From contig NC_019977.1 of assembly GCF_000328665.1 (NCBI RefSeq), positions 1,542,011 through 1,606,010 of the forward strand: a stretch of DNA of 64,000 bases. The letters are read 5' to 3'. This document shows positions 40,907 through 51,055 of the stretch, piece by piece. The position numbers and the translations under genes are program-made. This DNA comes from Methanomethylovorans hollandica DSM 15978 (GTDB lineage Archaea > Halobacteriota > Methanosarcinia > Methanosarcinales > Methanosarcinaceae). Within the stretch, counting starts at the first letter, position 1; every line of letters begins with the position of its first letter. The notes under the pieces are model-generated. The model was given only the letters and a program-made list of their open reading frames with translations. It was not told the origin of the DNA and searched no databases.

Positions 40907-43669
40907 ATGGATGTTTTAGCAAAAAAACTTGGAACTACATTTTGCAATAATGCCGTATTTACTATTTTCTGGAAGAATGATGAGAACTGGTCCGTCCACC
41001 ATGTCTCAAAGAATATAGAACAGTTGGGATATACACCCGAAGAGTTCATTTCGGGAGATCTCAGCTATGCCGGGATAGTACACCCCGATGATAGGGAGAA
41101 AATCAGGCATTCTGTGCTCCAATGGGATTGGAAGCACACTCCGTGTCTTTTCCAGGAATGCAGGATACTCGATCATAAAGGCGATGTACACCTGGTGGCC
41201 AAATTTCTGCGCGGACAATGTGATGAAAAAGGTACACTGCAATATGTAGAAGAAACTATTGTGGATATCACACAAAATAAAAGTACCGGATCATTTCCCG
41301 TATCAGAGAACGATTACCTGAGAAATGCTGTGAACACTGCAAAAGAAGCGCTGCTGTTTCTTGATAATGAATTGAAGATAATCTTTGCAAACCGTGCCTT
41401 TTCCCGCTTGTTCTTAACCGGATCCTCAGCCATCGAAGGCCAGTCCCTGTACGCAATTGAAGATGGCCAGTGGAATATACCGGCCCTGCAGGACAGAATA
41501 TCAGTTCTCCTAAAAGACAATACAGAGTTCAGTGATCTGGAAATAGAGAGCTGTTTCAGCAACATTGGACAGCGCGTCCTTTTGATCAGTTCCAGAATAG
41601 TAAATACATTGAACAACAAGACAGGTATGGTCCTGCTTGCCATTGAAGATGTCACTGACAACAAAAGATCTGCAAGGGAGTTAAAGACATCAGAAGCAAA
41701 ATATTCTGCCCTTGTGGAAAAAGGCAATGATGGCATAATCATAGTACAGAGAGATATCCTGAGGTTCATTAATTCCAAGTTCCTGGAGCTGACAGGGTTT
41801 CAGGAAGAAGAAATAATCAACAGCACATTGCTTGATCATGTGCCTGTGGATTTCAGACGCATGCTTGCAAAAAGATGTGCTAAGGCATTAAAAGATGAAC
41901 GAAGCATAAAGCGTAATTATGAAGTGGATTTCTTCAGAAAAGATGGATCTGTTTTTCCTGCTGAGGTCAGCTTTTCGTTCATATCATATGAAAATGACCC
42001 GGCTGTTATGATCACTATCAGGGACATAGCAGAACGTAAAAAAGCAGAGATGCAACTCAAGAACTCTGAAAAGAAGTACTCCACCCTTGTAGAAAAGAGC
42101 AATGATGGTATTGTCATTATACAGGATGATCAGCTTGTGTTTGCCAATAACAAGTTTATCGAGATCACAGGATATACACTTGCAGAGGCCATCGGCAAAA
42201 ACTTCACACGCTTTCTTTCCACGGAATATCGTCGTATGTTCGTCGGCAACTCCGGGAAGAAACTGGGAAAAAGAAATGAAAATCTTCTGAAATATGAGAT
42301 AGAGCTGCTTTCAAAGGTGGGTAAAAAGATCCCTGCAGAGATCAACTCATCTATGATCGAGCACGAAGGAAAACCAGCTTACATGGCTATTATAAGGGAT
42401 ATCACGGAGCAGAAAACAAGAGAAAAGGAACTCCTGAAGCTCATTGAGGTGAGAAAGGTCCTGGAAAATGTCATTGAAAGCAGTCCTGCAATTGTTTTCT
42501 TCTGGAAAGCAGATGATAAATGGCCCGTGGAATTCGTATCTGAGAATATTTCGCAATTTGGATACAGCGCAAAGGAATTCATGTCAGGTACAATACTCTA
42601 TGGTGATATAATTCATCCTTCTGACCTGCAAAAAATAGACCGTGGCCTTTCAAGATATTTCCAGGAAGATGAGAATAATATTTCTCTTGAATATCGCATC
42701 CTTACAAGATCCGGTGAGATACGCTGGATAGATGAACGCTCGGTCATCAAAAGAAATCCCGAAGGCGAAGTCGAGTATCTGCAGGGTATTATTGTTGATA
42801 TCACTGAGCGTAAGAATGCTAATAATTTCATGCAAATATGCTCAGAGCTTGATACGTTCTTCACTCCAACCACCGATGTTAAAGAAATCTTCCAGCAATT
42901 AATTGAACTTGTGACCCAGGTTAAGGGAATAGATTGTGGTGAATTGTATCTTGTAGACGAGGTCACAGGCGATCTGAATCTTGTTGCACATAAAGGCCTG
43001 TCATTCAGGTTTGTCAACAGTACCCGACGGTATGCTGCCAATTCTCTTCATGCGAGGGTCCTCAAAACAGAGTATCCGATCTATAAACTATATTATGAGA
43101 TCAATTCCATGACCCATGGAATTGATCTCGGTTTTGAAGGGCTTGAAGCTACTGTCATATTACCCCTTAAATATGAAGGCAATATTGTAGCAGTGATTAT
43201 GCTGGCATCACATACTGAGTACGCTATTGAGCAAAACACACGTAGTATAATTGAAAGTATTGCTTCTCAGGTAGGTCCTTCTATTGGACGTATAAGGGAA
43301 CAGGTACACTTCCAGAAGGATCTGAACAATCTGCAGGAAATATTTGATAGAATTGAAGATTTCTTATTTGTCCTTGATAAAGATGGGTGTATATTACATA
43401 CTAATAGTTTCCTGTGTAAACGTCTGGGATATTCCCATGAGGAATTGGTTGGTTTGAACATACTTAATGTGCATCCTCAGAACAGAGCTATAGAGATAGC
43501 TGCTGCACTTGCGGACATACTTGCCGGAAAACTGTCGGTAGTAAGGATACCATTTGAATCATATATCGGAGAACTGATACCTGTAGAGGTCAAAGCCACC
43601 AGAGGTAATTGGAATGGGCATACAGCCCTCATATGTCTGGGCAGAGAGATCAAAGAAAAAGTAGTCTGA
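40907..43669 (+). CDS. Multi-PAS/GAF sensor protein with no kinase or other output domain
   Basis: About six PAS repeats (IVHPDD, DITE, ND.I.I.Q) and one GAF region; ends after the last PAS with no H-box or HATPase. Confidence 0.85.
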   Translation: MDVLAKKLGTTFCNNAVFTIFWKNDENWSVHHVSKNIEQLGYTPEEFISGDLSYAGIVHPDDREKIRHSVLQWDWKHTPCLFQECRILDHKGDVHLVAKFLRGQCDEKGTLQYVEETIVDITQNKSTGSFPVSENDYLRNAVNTAKEALLFLDNELKIIFANRAFSRLFLTGSSAIEGQSLYAIEDGQWNIPALQDRISVLLKDNTEFSDLEIESCFSNIGQRVLLISSRIVNTLNNKTGMVLLAIEDVTDNKRSARELKTSEAKYSALVEKGNDGIIIVQRDILRFINSKFLELTGFQEEEIINSTLLDHVPVDFRRMLAKRCAKALKDERSIKRNYEVDFFRKDGSVFPAEVSFSFISYENDPAVMITIRDIAERKKAEMQLKNSEKKYSTLVEKSNDGIVIIQDDQLVFANNKFIEITGYTLAEAIGKNFTRFLSTEYRRMFVGNSGKKLGKRNENLLKYEIELLSKVGKKIPAEINSSMIEHEGKPAYMAIIRDITEQKTREKELLKLIEVRKVLENVIESSPAIVFFWKADDKWPVEFVSENISQFGYSAKEFMSGTILYGDIIHPSDLQKIDRGLSRYFQEDENNISLEYRILTRSGEIRWIDERSVIKRNPEGEVEYLQGIIVDITERKNANNFMQICSELDTFFTPTTDVKEIFQQLIELVTQVKGIDCGELYLVDEVTGDLNLVAHKGLSFRFVNSTRRYAANSLHARVLKTEYPIYKLYYEINSMTHGIDLGFEGLEATVILPLKYEGNIVAVIMLASHTEYAIEQNTRSIIESIASQVGPSIGRIREQVHFQKDLNNLQEIFDRIEDFLFVLDKDGCILHTNSFLCKRLGYSHEELVGLNILNVHPQNRAIEIAAALADILAGKLSVVRIPFESYIGELIPVEVKATRGNWNGHTALICLGREIKEKVV

Positions 43670-43690
43670 AAATATATTCGAGGCAAAAAT

Positions 43691-44455
43691 ATGATCAATA
43701 TTGATCCATCCGCGATCCTGGTAAGGTATAACGTAAAAGCTGAAAAGGAAATAAGCCCGGAGGAAATAGCTAGGCAGCTATATACTGAAGATATTGTGAT
43801 ACGTCCCATCGTTGAGGCTGTTTTTGAAGGTGACGAAGATGATGTTATAGAAGCTTTAGAGGCAGCGATCCGGGCAGGCAGGGACCCTTTATCTTTGATC
43901 GATGATGCACTCATGCAGGGAATGGGTATTGTTTCTAAACTATATGACGACGGTTTTCTTTTCCTTCCGGACGTCATTATATCCGCACATGCCATGACCG
44001 ATGGCATTGAATATTGTAAACATAGTTCCAGTGCAACTCACGAGTTCAAAGGAAAGGTCGTATCCTTTGTTGTGGAAGGGGATATGCACGATATTGGAAA
44101 AAAGATAGTCACTGTCCTGCTACGTGCCAGCGGATATGAGGTCATAGATCTTGGAAGCGATGTGCTGGTAAGCGAAGTGATCAGTGCCGTCAGGAGGGAA
44201 AAACCTGTAATGCTTTCAGGTACTGCTTTGATGACAACTACTATGTATACGTTCAAAGAGATCAATAACCAGTTGCTCGAGAACGGCATCCACATTCCTT
44301 TTGTCTGTGGGGGTGGAGCTGTGAAACAGGATTTCGTATTTGGTTATGAACTCGGAGTATATTGTGAGGATGCAGCGGATGCTCCAAAGATAGCCGACGA
44401 AATCCTCAAAGGTGCGGGCGTGAAAGAGCTGAGAGAAAAATATCACAGGCATTGA
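43691..44455 (+). CDS. MtaC-like corrinoid protein paralog
   Basis: Colinear with the downstream MtaC; GDMHDIGK, SGTALMTTTM. Confidence 0.88.
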   Translation: MINIDPSAILVRYNVKAEKEISPEEIARQLYTEDIVIRPIVEAVFEGDEDDVIEALEAAIRAGRDPLSLIDDALMQGMGIVSKLYDDGFLFLPDVIISAHAMTDGIEYCKHSSSATHEFKGKVVSFVVEGDMHDIGKKIVTVLLRASGYEVIDLGSDVLVSEVISAVRREKPVMLSGTALMTTTMYTFKEINNQLLENGIHIPFVCGGGAVKQDFVFGYELGVYCEDAADAPKIADEILKGAGVKELREKYHRH

Positions 44456-44764
44456 TCGTTGCCTGCGCTCTGCACACATGTATTTTTAAATAGTATATAC
44501 ATTAATTTACTTTTCAACTAATGATTCTTTGATGTTTTTAGCTTCAGTTGAGGTATAGAGAATATAGCATATTTAATATTCTTTAATGTAAAGTATCTAT
44601 TTTAAAAATATACATGTAGTTTTTTTTATGTATTCGGTTTTGAAAAAACACTGGTATTTTAATATTTTGCTTCATTAAGATCTATTTTAGATAAATAGAG
44701 ACCAGTTCAAAAAAAACGCAATTGATAGCCCACAATGGATTTGAATGGAAATTATTCCCATACT

Positions 44765-44835
44765 TTGTTGCAACAATCTATTTATATTACCTCCGAATGT
44801 TGCTTTTTTGGTTTGTGTTATATAAGTATTGTTGC
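44765..44835. promoter_or_regulatory. Three TGTTGC boxes spaced exactly 32 bp apart upstream of mtaCB
   Basis: Copies start at 44766, 44798 and 44830; the first lies in the palindrome TTGTTGCAACAA. Confidence 0.5.
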
Positions 44836-45079
44836 ACTATAGTATATATCAATTTTATTTTTTAAAAATATTAATCAATAAAACAATATCAATAGGCATA
44901 CTATTTTTAACATCTAGTAAATTGGAGCCACTTGCATTATAAGTAAAGATTATATATCTAAACAATACAAACCAAACATTTAAATAGATAAATAAAAGTT
45001 GCATACCTGGGTCTAGAGACCTATGAAGGTAGATTGGATCAAGGCTTAGTTAAGCCTTAAAAAATAGAGGAAGTGTAGT

Positions 45080-45844
45080 ATGTTAAAAATAGACTACAAG
45101 GATATATTAGTAAGATACAACGTAAAAATGGAAAAATCAATGACTCCGGAAGATGCTGCAGCAGAGCTTTATCCAAAGGATGCTCTCATCCGCCCCATCG
45201 CTGAAGCTATTTTCCAAGGCGAAGAGGACGATGTGATTGCAGGCCTGGAAAAGGCCATTGCAGCTGGAAAAAGTCCAATATCCCTCATTGATGATGCCCT
45301 GATGGTTGGAATGGGTGTAGTGACAAAACTGTATGACCAGGGCATAATATTCCTGCCAAACGTTATGATGTCTGCAGATGCAATGCTTGATGGTATCGAA
45401 TATTGTAAGGAAAAATCTGGCGAGTCCCCGGTAACAAAAGGAAAGATCGTTGTTCACGTGGCAGAAGGAGATGTTCACGACATTGGTAAGTCTATTGTTG
45501 CAGCACTTCTCAGAGCAAATGGTTATGAAGTGGTCGATCTTGGCAGAGATGTACCAGCAGCAGAGGTCCTCGCAGCTGTCAAGGATCACAAGCCTCTGTT
45601 GGTATCAGGTACTGCATTAATGACAACCACCATGTATGCCTTCAAAGAGGTCAACGACCTGCTCCTTGAAGCCGGTATTAAGATACCCTTCGCATGCGGC
45701 GGCGGAGCAGTTAACCAGGACTTCGTTTCAACATACAACCTTGGTGTCTATGGTGAGGAAGCAGCAGATGCACCAAAGATGGCAGATGCTATTTTACAGG
45801 GTGCTGGCGTAGAGAAGCTTAGAGAGATGTTCCACAAACACTGA
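45080..45844 (+). CDS. mtaC: Methanol-specific corrinoid protein MtaC
   Basis: ILVRYNV, GDVHDIGK, SGTALMTTTMYAF; directly upstream of mtaB. Confidence 0.95.
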   Translation: MLKIDYKDILVRYNVKMEKSMTPEDAAAELYPKDALIRPIAEAIFQGEEDDVIAGLEKAIAAGKSPISLIDDALMVGMGVVTKLYDQGIIFLPNVMMSADAMLDGIEYCKEKSGESPVTKGKIVVHVAEGDVHDIGKSIVAALLRANGYEVVDLGRDVPAAEVLAAVKDHKPLLVSGTALMTTTMYAFKEVNDLLLEAGIKIPFACGGGAVNQDFVSTYNLGVYGEEAADAPKMADAILQGAGVEKLREMFHKH

Positions 45845-45858
45845 ACGAGGTGAAAAAA

Positions 45859-47238
45859 ATGGCAGTAAAAAGATATACACAGATGGCTTATGCAAATGCA
45901 GATGAGATGGTATTCGGCCGTGCAAAATATCCGGTAAAGGCAGGACTTGGAATTGAGCTTGGTGCAGGATCCACTACAGCTGAAGTAAACTATGCACCCA
46001 GACCAGAAGCAGGCGCTTCCAAAGAGAAGCTGGTAAATGAATACCAGAGGATCACAAAGGACATTCTGCAGAGAATGGTACAGGTAGGCTTCCCTGCAGT
46101 AGTACTTGAAACAGAACATGTGCAGCAGATGACCAACAATCCATCATGGGGTGGCGAGATTGCACACGCACAGAAGACCATCATGGAAGAGTACTATGAG
46201 GAATATGGTCTGAAGTCCGCACTGAGGCACACTCCCGGTGACATCAGAGAGAACAAGGATTACATGGACCTCAGAGGAAACAAGTACCCTGTCCTTATGG
46301 AATCATTCGAAGCTGTTGCAGAAGGTGGAGCAGACTTCTTATCCATTGAATCAATGGGTGGAAAGGAGATTTTTGACTATGCAATTCTGAGGAACGACAT
46401 TGGCGGTATGCTCTACGCAATAGGCGTACTGGGCAGCATGGACATGGAATACCTCTGGCAGGACATCGCAAAGGTAGCACAGAAGAAGAATGTCATTGCA
46501 GCCGGTGACACTGACTGTGCCCAGGCAAACACTGCAATGTTCATTGCAGGCGGACTTCTTGACAAGAACCTGGCACACACCCTCGCGATCATCGCAAGGA
46601 GCATGGCAGGAGCAAGGACGCTATCCGGATATGAAGCCGGTGCAGTAGGCCCAGGAAAGGACTGCGGATACGAGAACATCTTCGTAAAGGCAATCACTGG
46701 TATGCCAATGGCCTTTGAAGGTAAGACCTCTACCTGTGCTCACTCCGATGTTATGGGTAACCTGATCATGCAGTGCTGTGACCTCTGGTCCAACGAATCC
46801 GTCGAATACCACTCTGAATTCGGAGGTACTACAGTCCAGTGCTGGTCAGAGACCCTCAGCTATGACTGTGCTCTGATGAACGTTGCACTCAAATCCGGAA
46901 ACGAAAAGCTCCTCAGGGATATGCTCGTGGCATCTGACAAATACAGAGACCCACAGTCCTACATCCTTGCATACGACAACGCATACAAGATCGGTCAGGC
47001 AATTGTCAAGGACGGTAACGACCTGTACCTCCGTGCAAAGAACGCTGCTGTGGAATGCTGCAACCTGCTGACCGCCGCAGAGGGCCTTGAGATGACAAAG
47101 TTCGAGATCAATGCATTGCTGAAGGCAAAGGGCGAACTGGAAGCACTTACTGCAGATGCTGACAAGTTCATGAGCGACTGCATGAGCAAGTACAAGGCCG
47201 AAATAAAGGTATTCAAGCCAGAGAACTACGGTCTCTAA
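45859..47238 (+). CDS. mtaB: Methanol:corrinoid methyltransferase MtaB
   Basis: AVKRYT, ETEHVQQMT, IESMGGKE, GDTDCAQANTAM, GKDCGYE, WSNESVE. Confidence 0.96.
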   Translation: MAVKRYTQMAYANADEMVFGRAKYPVKAGLGIELGAGSTTAEVNYAPRPEAGASKEKLVNEYQRITKDILQRMVQVGFPAVVLETEHVQQMTNNPSWGGEIAHAQKTIMEEYYEEYGLKSALRHTPGDIRENKDYMDLRGNKYPVLMESFEAVAEGGADFLSIESMGGKEIFDYAILRNDIGGMLYAIGVLGSMDMEYLWQDIAKVAQKKNVIAAGDTDCAQANTAMFIAGGLLDKNLAHTLAIIARSMAGARTLSGYEAGAVGPGKDCGYENIFVKAITGMPMAFEGKTSTCAHSDVMGNLIMQCCDLWSNESVEYHSEFGGTTVQCWSETLSYDCALMNVALKSGNEKLLRDMLVASDKYRDPQSYILAYDNAYKIGQAIVKDGNDLYLRAKNAAVECCNLLTAAEGLEMTKFEINALLKAKGELEALTADADKFMSDCMSKYKAEIKVFKPENYGL

Positions 47239-47293
47239 ATGCGTGAATGTGAGGGTTTCACTTCAAACCCTTACTCTTAATTTATAACATTGA

Positions 47294-47730
47294 AGCAATA
47301 AGAGGAATGATTTTAACCATAAACTCAGCAGGACTCTTGTTGATAAATATGGCTTAGTGGTCTTTGAAGATTTGAATATCAGGAATATGGTCCGAAACTC
47401 TAAGCTATCTAAATCAATACATGATGCTGCATGGGGTAAACTGATTCAGTATACGATGTACAAAGCGGAAGAAGCTGGTAAGATCGTTGAACTGGTTGCA
47501 CCTCACAACACATCTCAAAACTGTAGTTCTTGTGGTATAAAAGTGGATAAGACACTTGCTACGCGAACACACAGATGTCCAAACTGTGGATTAGTTCTGG
47601 ATAGAGATCATAATGCTGCTATTAATATTCTCAAGTTAGCCGTAGGGACTACGGTAAAAGCCTGCGGAGTTGAGCCGTTAGGCTCAACAATGAACCAGGA
47701 AGCCACATGCTTTAACAGGTGGTAGTTCAT
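47294..47730 (+). mobile_element. tnpB: IS200/IS605-family remnant: C-terminal TnpB fragment plus right end
   Basis: DFNHKLSR...VFEDL, TSQNCSSCG, CPNCG...DRDHNAAINI; subterminal hairpin GTTGAGCC-GTTA-GGCTCAAC; ends TTCAT; N-terminal part absent. Confidence 0.85.
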
Positions 47731-47766
47731 TAAGAGATCCTCATGAAGTAAGGGGAACATGTTAAA

Positions 47767-48579
47767 ATGACAACTATCAAGGTTTCCTGTATTCAGATGG
47801 ATATCATCCAGTGTTCAAAAGAACAGAACATTGAAAAAGCCCTCTTACTGACAGATAAAGCAATAGATTCGGGTGCCAGGATCATAGTGTTACCTGAAGT
47901 GTTTTCAACGGGTTTTTGCTATAAAGGTCTGGAATCGATTGCTGAGACCTCTGCGTCCCGGAGAGTTGAGGCATACCCCACCATAGAGAGACTATTAAAA
48001 TTTTCAAAAGCAAACGATTGTGTCCTCATTGGTTCCATGATCGAAAAACAGATGGATGAACCTGATCAGATCAGATATCATAATCTGGGTTTTTGCATTG
48101 GATCCGGGGAGCTCTCCGGGGTTTACAGAAAAACCCACCTGTACGGGCTGGAAAGAAAACATTTTTCCAGGGGAGAGCATATCCTGCCGATAAAACTTGC
48201 AAGTGATGATATAACCATCGGAATGCAGATATGTTTTGATCTGCGGTTTCCTGAGATCTCAAGAAAACTGGCACTTGCAGGTGCGGATATTCTGGTCACA
48301 GTTGGTGGATTTGCAGATCCAAAAGCTGGCCAGTGGAAAGCGCTCACAACTGCCAGAGCGATAGAGAACCAGATACCTCATATTGCCTGCAACCGGGTAG
48401 GTACTGCTCCCTTTGCATCATACTTTGGTAAGTCCATGATAATCAACGCATGGGGAAATGTGAAAGCAGAAGCTGAGAAGGATGAGTGTTTCATTATAGG
48501 GGAGATAGATACTGATGAAACAAAAAGGATAAGGGGCAAGGTTTCGCTCTTGGATGACAGGCAGTTGGACCTGTATTAA
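47767..48579 (+). CDS. Carbon-nitrogen hydrolase (nitrilase superfamily)
   Basis: LPE, YRKTHL, ICFDLRFPE catalytic triad, ARAIENQ. Confidence 0.92.
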   Translation: MTTIKVSCIQMDIIQCSKEQNIEKALLLTDKAIDSGARIIVLPEVFSTGFCYKGLESIAETSASRRVEAYPTIERLLKFSKANDCVLIGSMIEKQMDEPDQIRYHNLGFCIGSGELSGVYRKTHLYGLERKHFSRGEHILPIKLASDDITIGMQICFDLRFPEISRKLALAGADILVTVGGFADPKAGQWKALTTARAIENQIPHIACNRVGTAPFASYFGKSMIINAWGNVKAEAEKDECFIIGEIDTDETKRIRGKVSLLDDRQLDLY

Positions 48580-48651
48580 GCTAAAAGATGCAGATCATGA
48601 GGTTTTGGTACCAAGTAGTCAAAGACAGACCAGTTAAAAAAGAGGTTTATG

Positions 48652-49137
48652 TTAATCCCAGTATACTTCAAAATAAAAAAGCGAAAGAGCCTGTTCAATA
48701 GTTACCGCTGAATCTGAGTAAAAGCGAGCCTGTATAAAATAGCATTGTATCCGATCTGTGGTCAAACTATTATTTCCAGAAATTGGAAGATTTAAAACCA
48801 CCTTTTTTTGTTTCATCAACGGAATTTCATAAGGAGTACTTGGCAACATTTTGATCGCTGCATAAGACAAATGTTGCCGTGGTGCATTCCATCGTACCCC
48901 ACCTATCTCTGCGTAAATCTCACCTTTTTCAACATTTCCAACCATCACAAACTGACGGATAATTGCCTTCTCCAAAACCGGGAGTTGGCAAACACAGGAA
49001 ACATCGATAGGTCCATCATAGTTAAATACGTCCAATCCCCCGCTCGCACTGATCAATTCAGCTTTAGGAGTATTAGAGTAAGTCGAGCAACTCCCGGCAG
49101 GGATTCGTACTCCATGTTTGAAATCATATATACTCAT
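48652..49137 (-). CDS. Hypothetical protein at the distal end of the eCIS region
   Basis: 161-aa ORF with GGAGG SD; no family recognised. Confidence 0.6.
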   Translation of the reverse strand: MSIYDFKHGVRIPAGSCSTYSNTPKAELISASGGLDVFNYDGPIDVSCVCQLPVLEKAIIRQFVMVGNVEKGEIYAEIGGVRWNAPRQHLSYAAIKMLPSTPYEIPLMKQKKVVLNLPISGNNSLTTDRIQCYFIQARFYSDSAVTIEQALSLFYFEVYWD

Positions 49138-49199
49138 AAAATAGCCTCCTTAAATTATATTATGGAATTTATTCGTGCAGTAAAGTAAATAGGTAAGCC

Positions 49200-49634
49200 T
49201 CACCATTTCGGATCACTTGTAGTGTTCAAAATATGTACTGTAATCTTCCATGCATCGTTCTCTTTATTCCAGAGAATGAAGTATGTTCCTTCCTCCAGAT
49301 CTTTACCTACTCCTGTTTCTGCTGCAAAACTGTAAACTCCTATCTCGTATGCCACATCGCCAAGTACATCAATATTTTTTGTGTATTGAATATACTTGAA
49401 ACTGTTTCCAACGATCTGATAAATATCACTCCAGTACTTACTGATGTACTCCTTAGACCAGCGATTGTCAGGAATTGGACCAAATTGGGGAATATCGCCG
49501 CCACGTGGCATGAATTTCGGCTCATCTGTATATAACTGTACTATTCTTGTTATGTCCTGAGTTTGTATGGCAGAAACAAGATCCATGATGATGTCTTTTA
49601 TTATACTGCGCACCTCTTCTGTATCCATACTCAT
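49200..49634 (-). CDS. NTF2-like / DUF4440-type protein
   Basis: LYT....MP, GDVAYEIG.Y, G.Y..LW.K....WKI. Confidence 0.8.
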   Translation of the reverse strand: MSMDTEEVRSIIKDIIMDLVSAIQTQDITRIVQLYTDEPKFMPRGGDIPQFGPIPDNRWSKEYISKYWSDIYQIVGNSFKYIQYTKNIDVLGDVAYEIGVYSFAAETGVGKDLEEGTYFILWNKENDAWKITVHILNTTSDPKW

Positions 49635-49732
49635 TTCCTCCTATTATCTTATGAAATGAAAAATTCTCATGTAATCTGATGAGATGTTATTGCATGTGCA
49701 TAACCTGCACTGTGGTTTTGGAATAGTGCTGA

Positions 49733-50917
49733 TCACTGCACATCGCGAATAAAATTCGCAAAAGAATCAGCGTTGAGAAGTTGGGTTACAGTCCGATTTT
49801 TGCTATATTTTTTTTCATGTTCATAGCCCAGATCGAAATTACAGCCGTATTTATGTATCCATTCATGGATCAAAGTAGTCGAGCGCTCGATTGCGCTCTG
49901 ACTAAAATAAGATGGACACAAGCGGATATCGATTCCTGGCACACACCAGAATGTAGTGGCAAGTTCATTATCGGAACGGCATGCCCACGTACGTTCCACG
50001 ATTCCACCTGTATAACATTTGTAGCCTGCCATCCACGTCAATGCCCAGAGAATCCGTAAATTCAGATTGATCCAAGTTGCAAAGGCATTGCTTGTAGCGC
50101 TATGAAAGTGAGCAGAGAGGGCATTTCTCACCTTAGCCGGGTTTGTCCCATTATACGAAGAGACGACATCGATGGCATTCGACAGCATCTCTCGAGCTCT
50201 GCGATGATCTTCCGTAATAATTGTATCCTGGGAAGAAGAGCATCCAGATCTCCTCTGTATGATATTTCTTTGAACATTCTGTGTCTGTTGTACGAGATGC
50301 ATCAGCTCATGTGCAATCAATTCTTTCCCTGCATCTGTTTTGGGTGCGTATTTGCCATTCGCAAAGACGATCTCCTGGCCAACGGTATATGCATGGGCAT
50401 TTATTGCTTCTGCTGATGCTGCAGCTTGCGCTTCGCTACGCACCCGTACATTACTGAAATCATACCCGAAACGTGGCTCCATAAAAGCACGGGTAACCTG
50501 ATCCAGCGGCTTACCAGGCAAGCGTAAAACTTCACGAATTATGGGTGGCACATCTTGGTATTGAGTTACAGGCATCTGTCTCGATAACTTTTTTTGTCTG
50601 TGAAATATCCTTTTCATCTTTATTGCATCCAGTACACTTGTGCTGTACCGTCGGCTCCAATATACTCATCACCTGCTTCGCCATCCTGTCAGCCTCCTGC
50701 TCGTAAATGTCATTAGGCTGGCTAACTTTCATTTTAGCCTGTAAAGCCCCTGATCTTATCAGTCTCTGTACCGCCTGGTTGCCTGCAGTTTTTTGAAGTT
50801 GGAGTATCCTGTCAGCAGGAAATCCTGAAGAATTGAAGCTTGACCTTTGCTTGCAGGAATTCGAGCATATATACTTACCTCCGGTTTTTTGGTAGCTACA
50901 ATAGTTCTTTCAGCCAT
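49733..50917 (-). pseudogene. eCIS DUF4157 effector with C-terminal M35-like metallopeptidase; leader broken by two frameshifts
   Basis: ATG 50917 (MAERT...); leader RILQLQKTAGNQAV in another frame; A7 run near 50590; intact ORF 49733-50617 carries HELMH, then LIHEWIH...NADS. Confidence 0.8.
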
Positions 50918-51055
50918 TTTAATCACCATTATCTGCAAAAATCACATCGGCAAAACCTCTGAGTCAGACCCAATTGAGACAATTCGATGCCGCAGCAGTT
51001 TGCACGAGCAAGCTTACCTCGGTAACGAGGCGAAAACAAGCGTCTGTAAGGCGAT

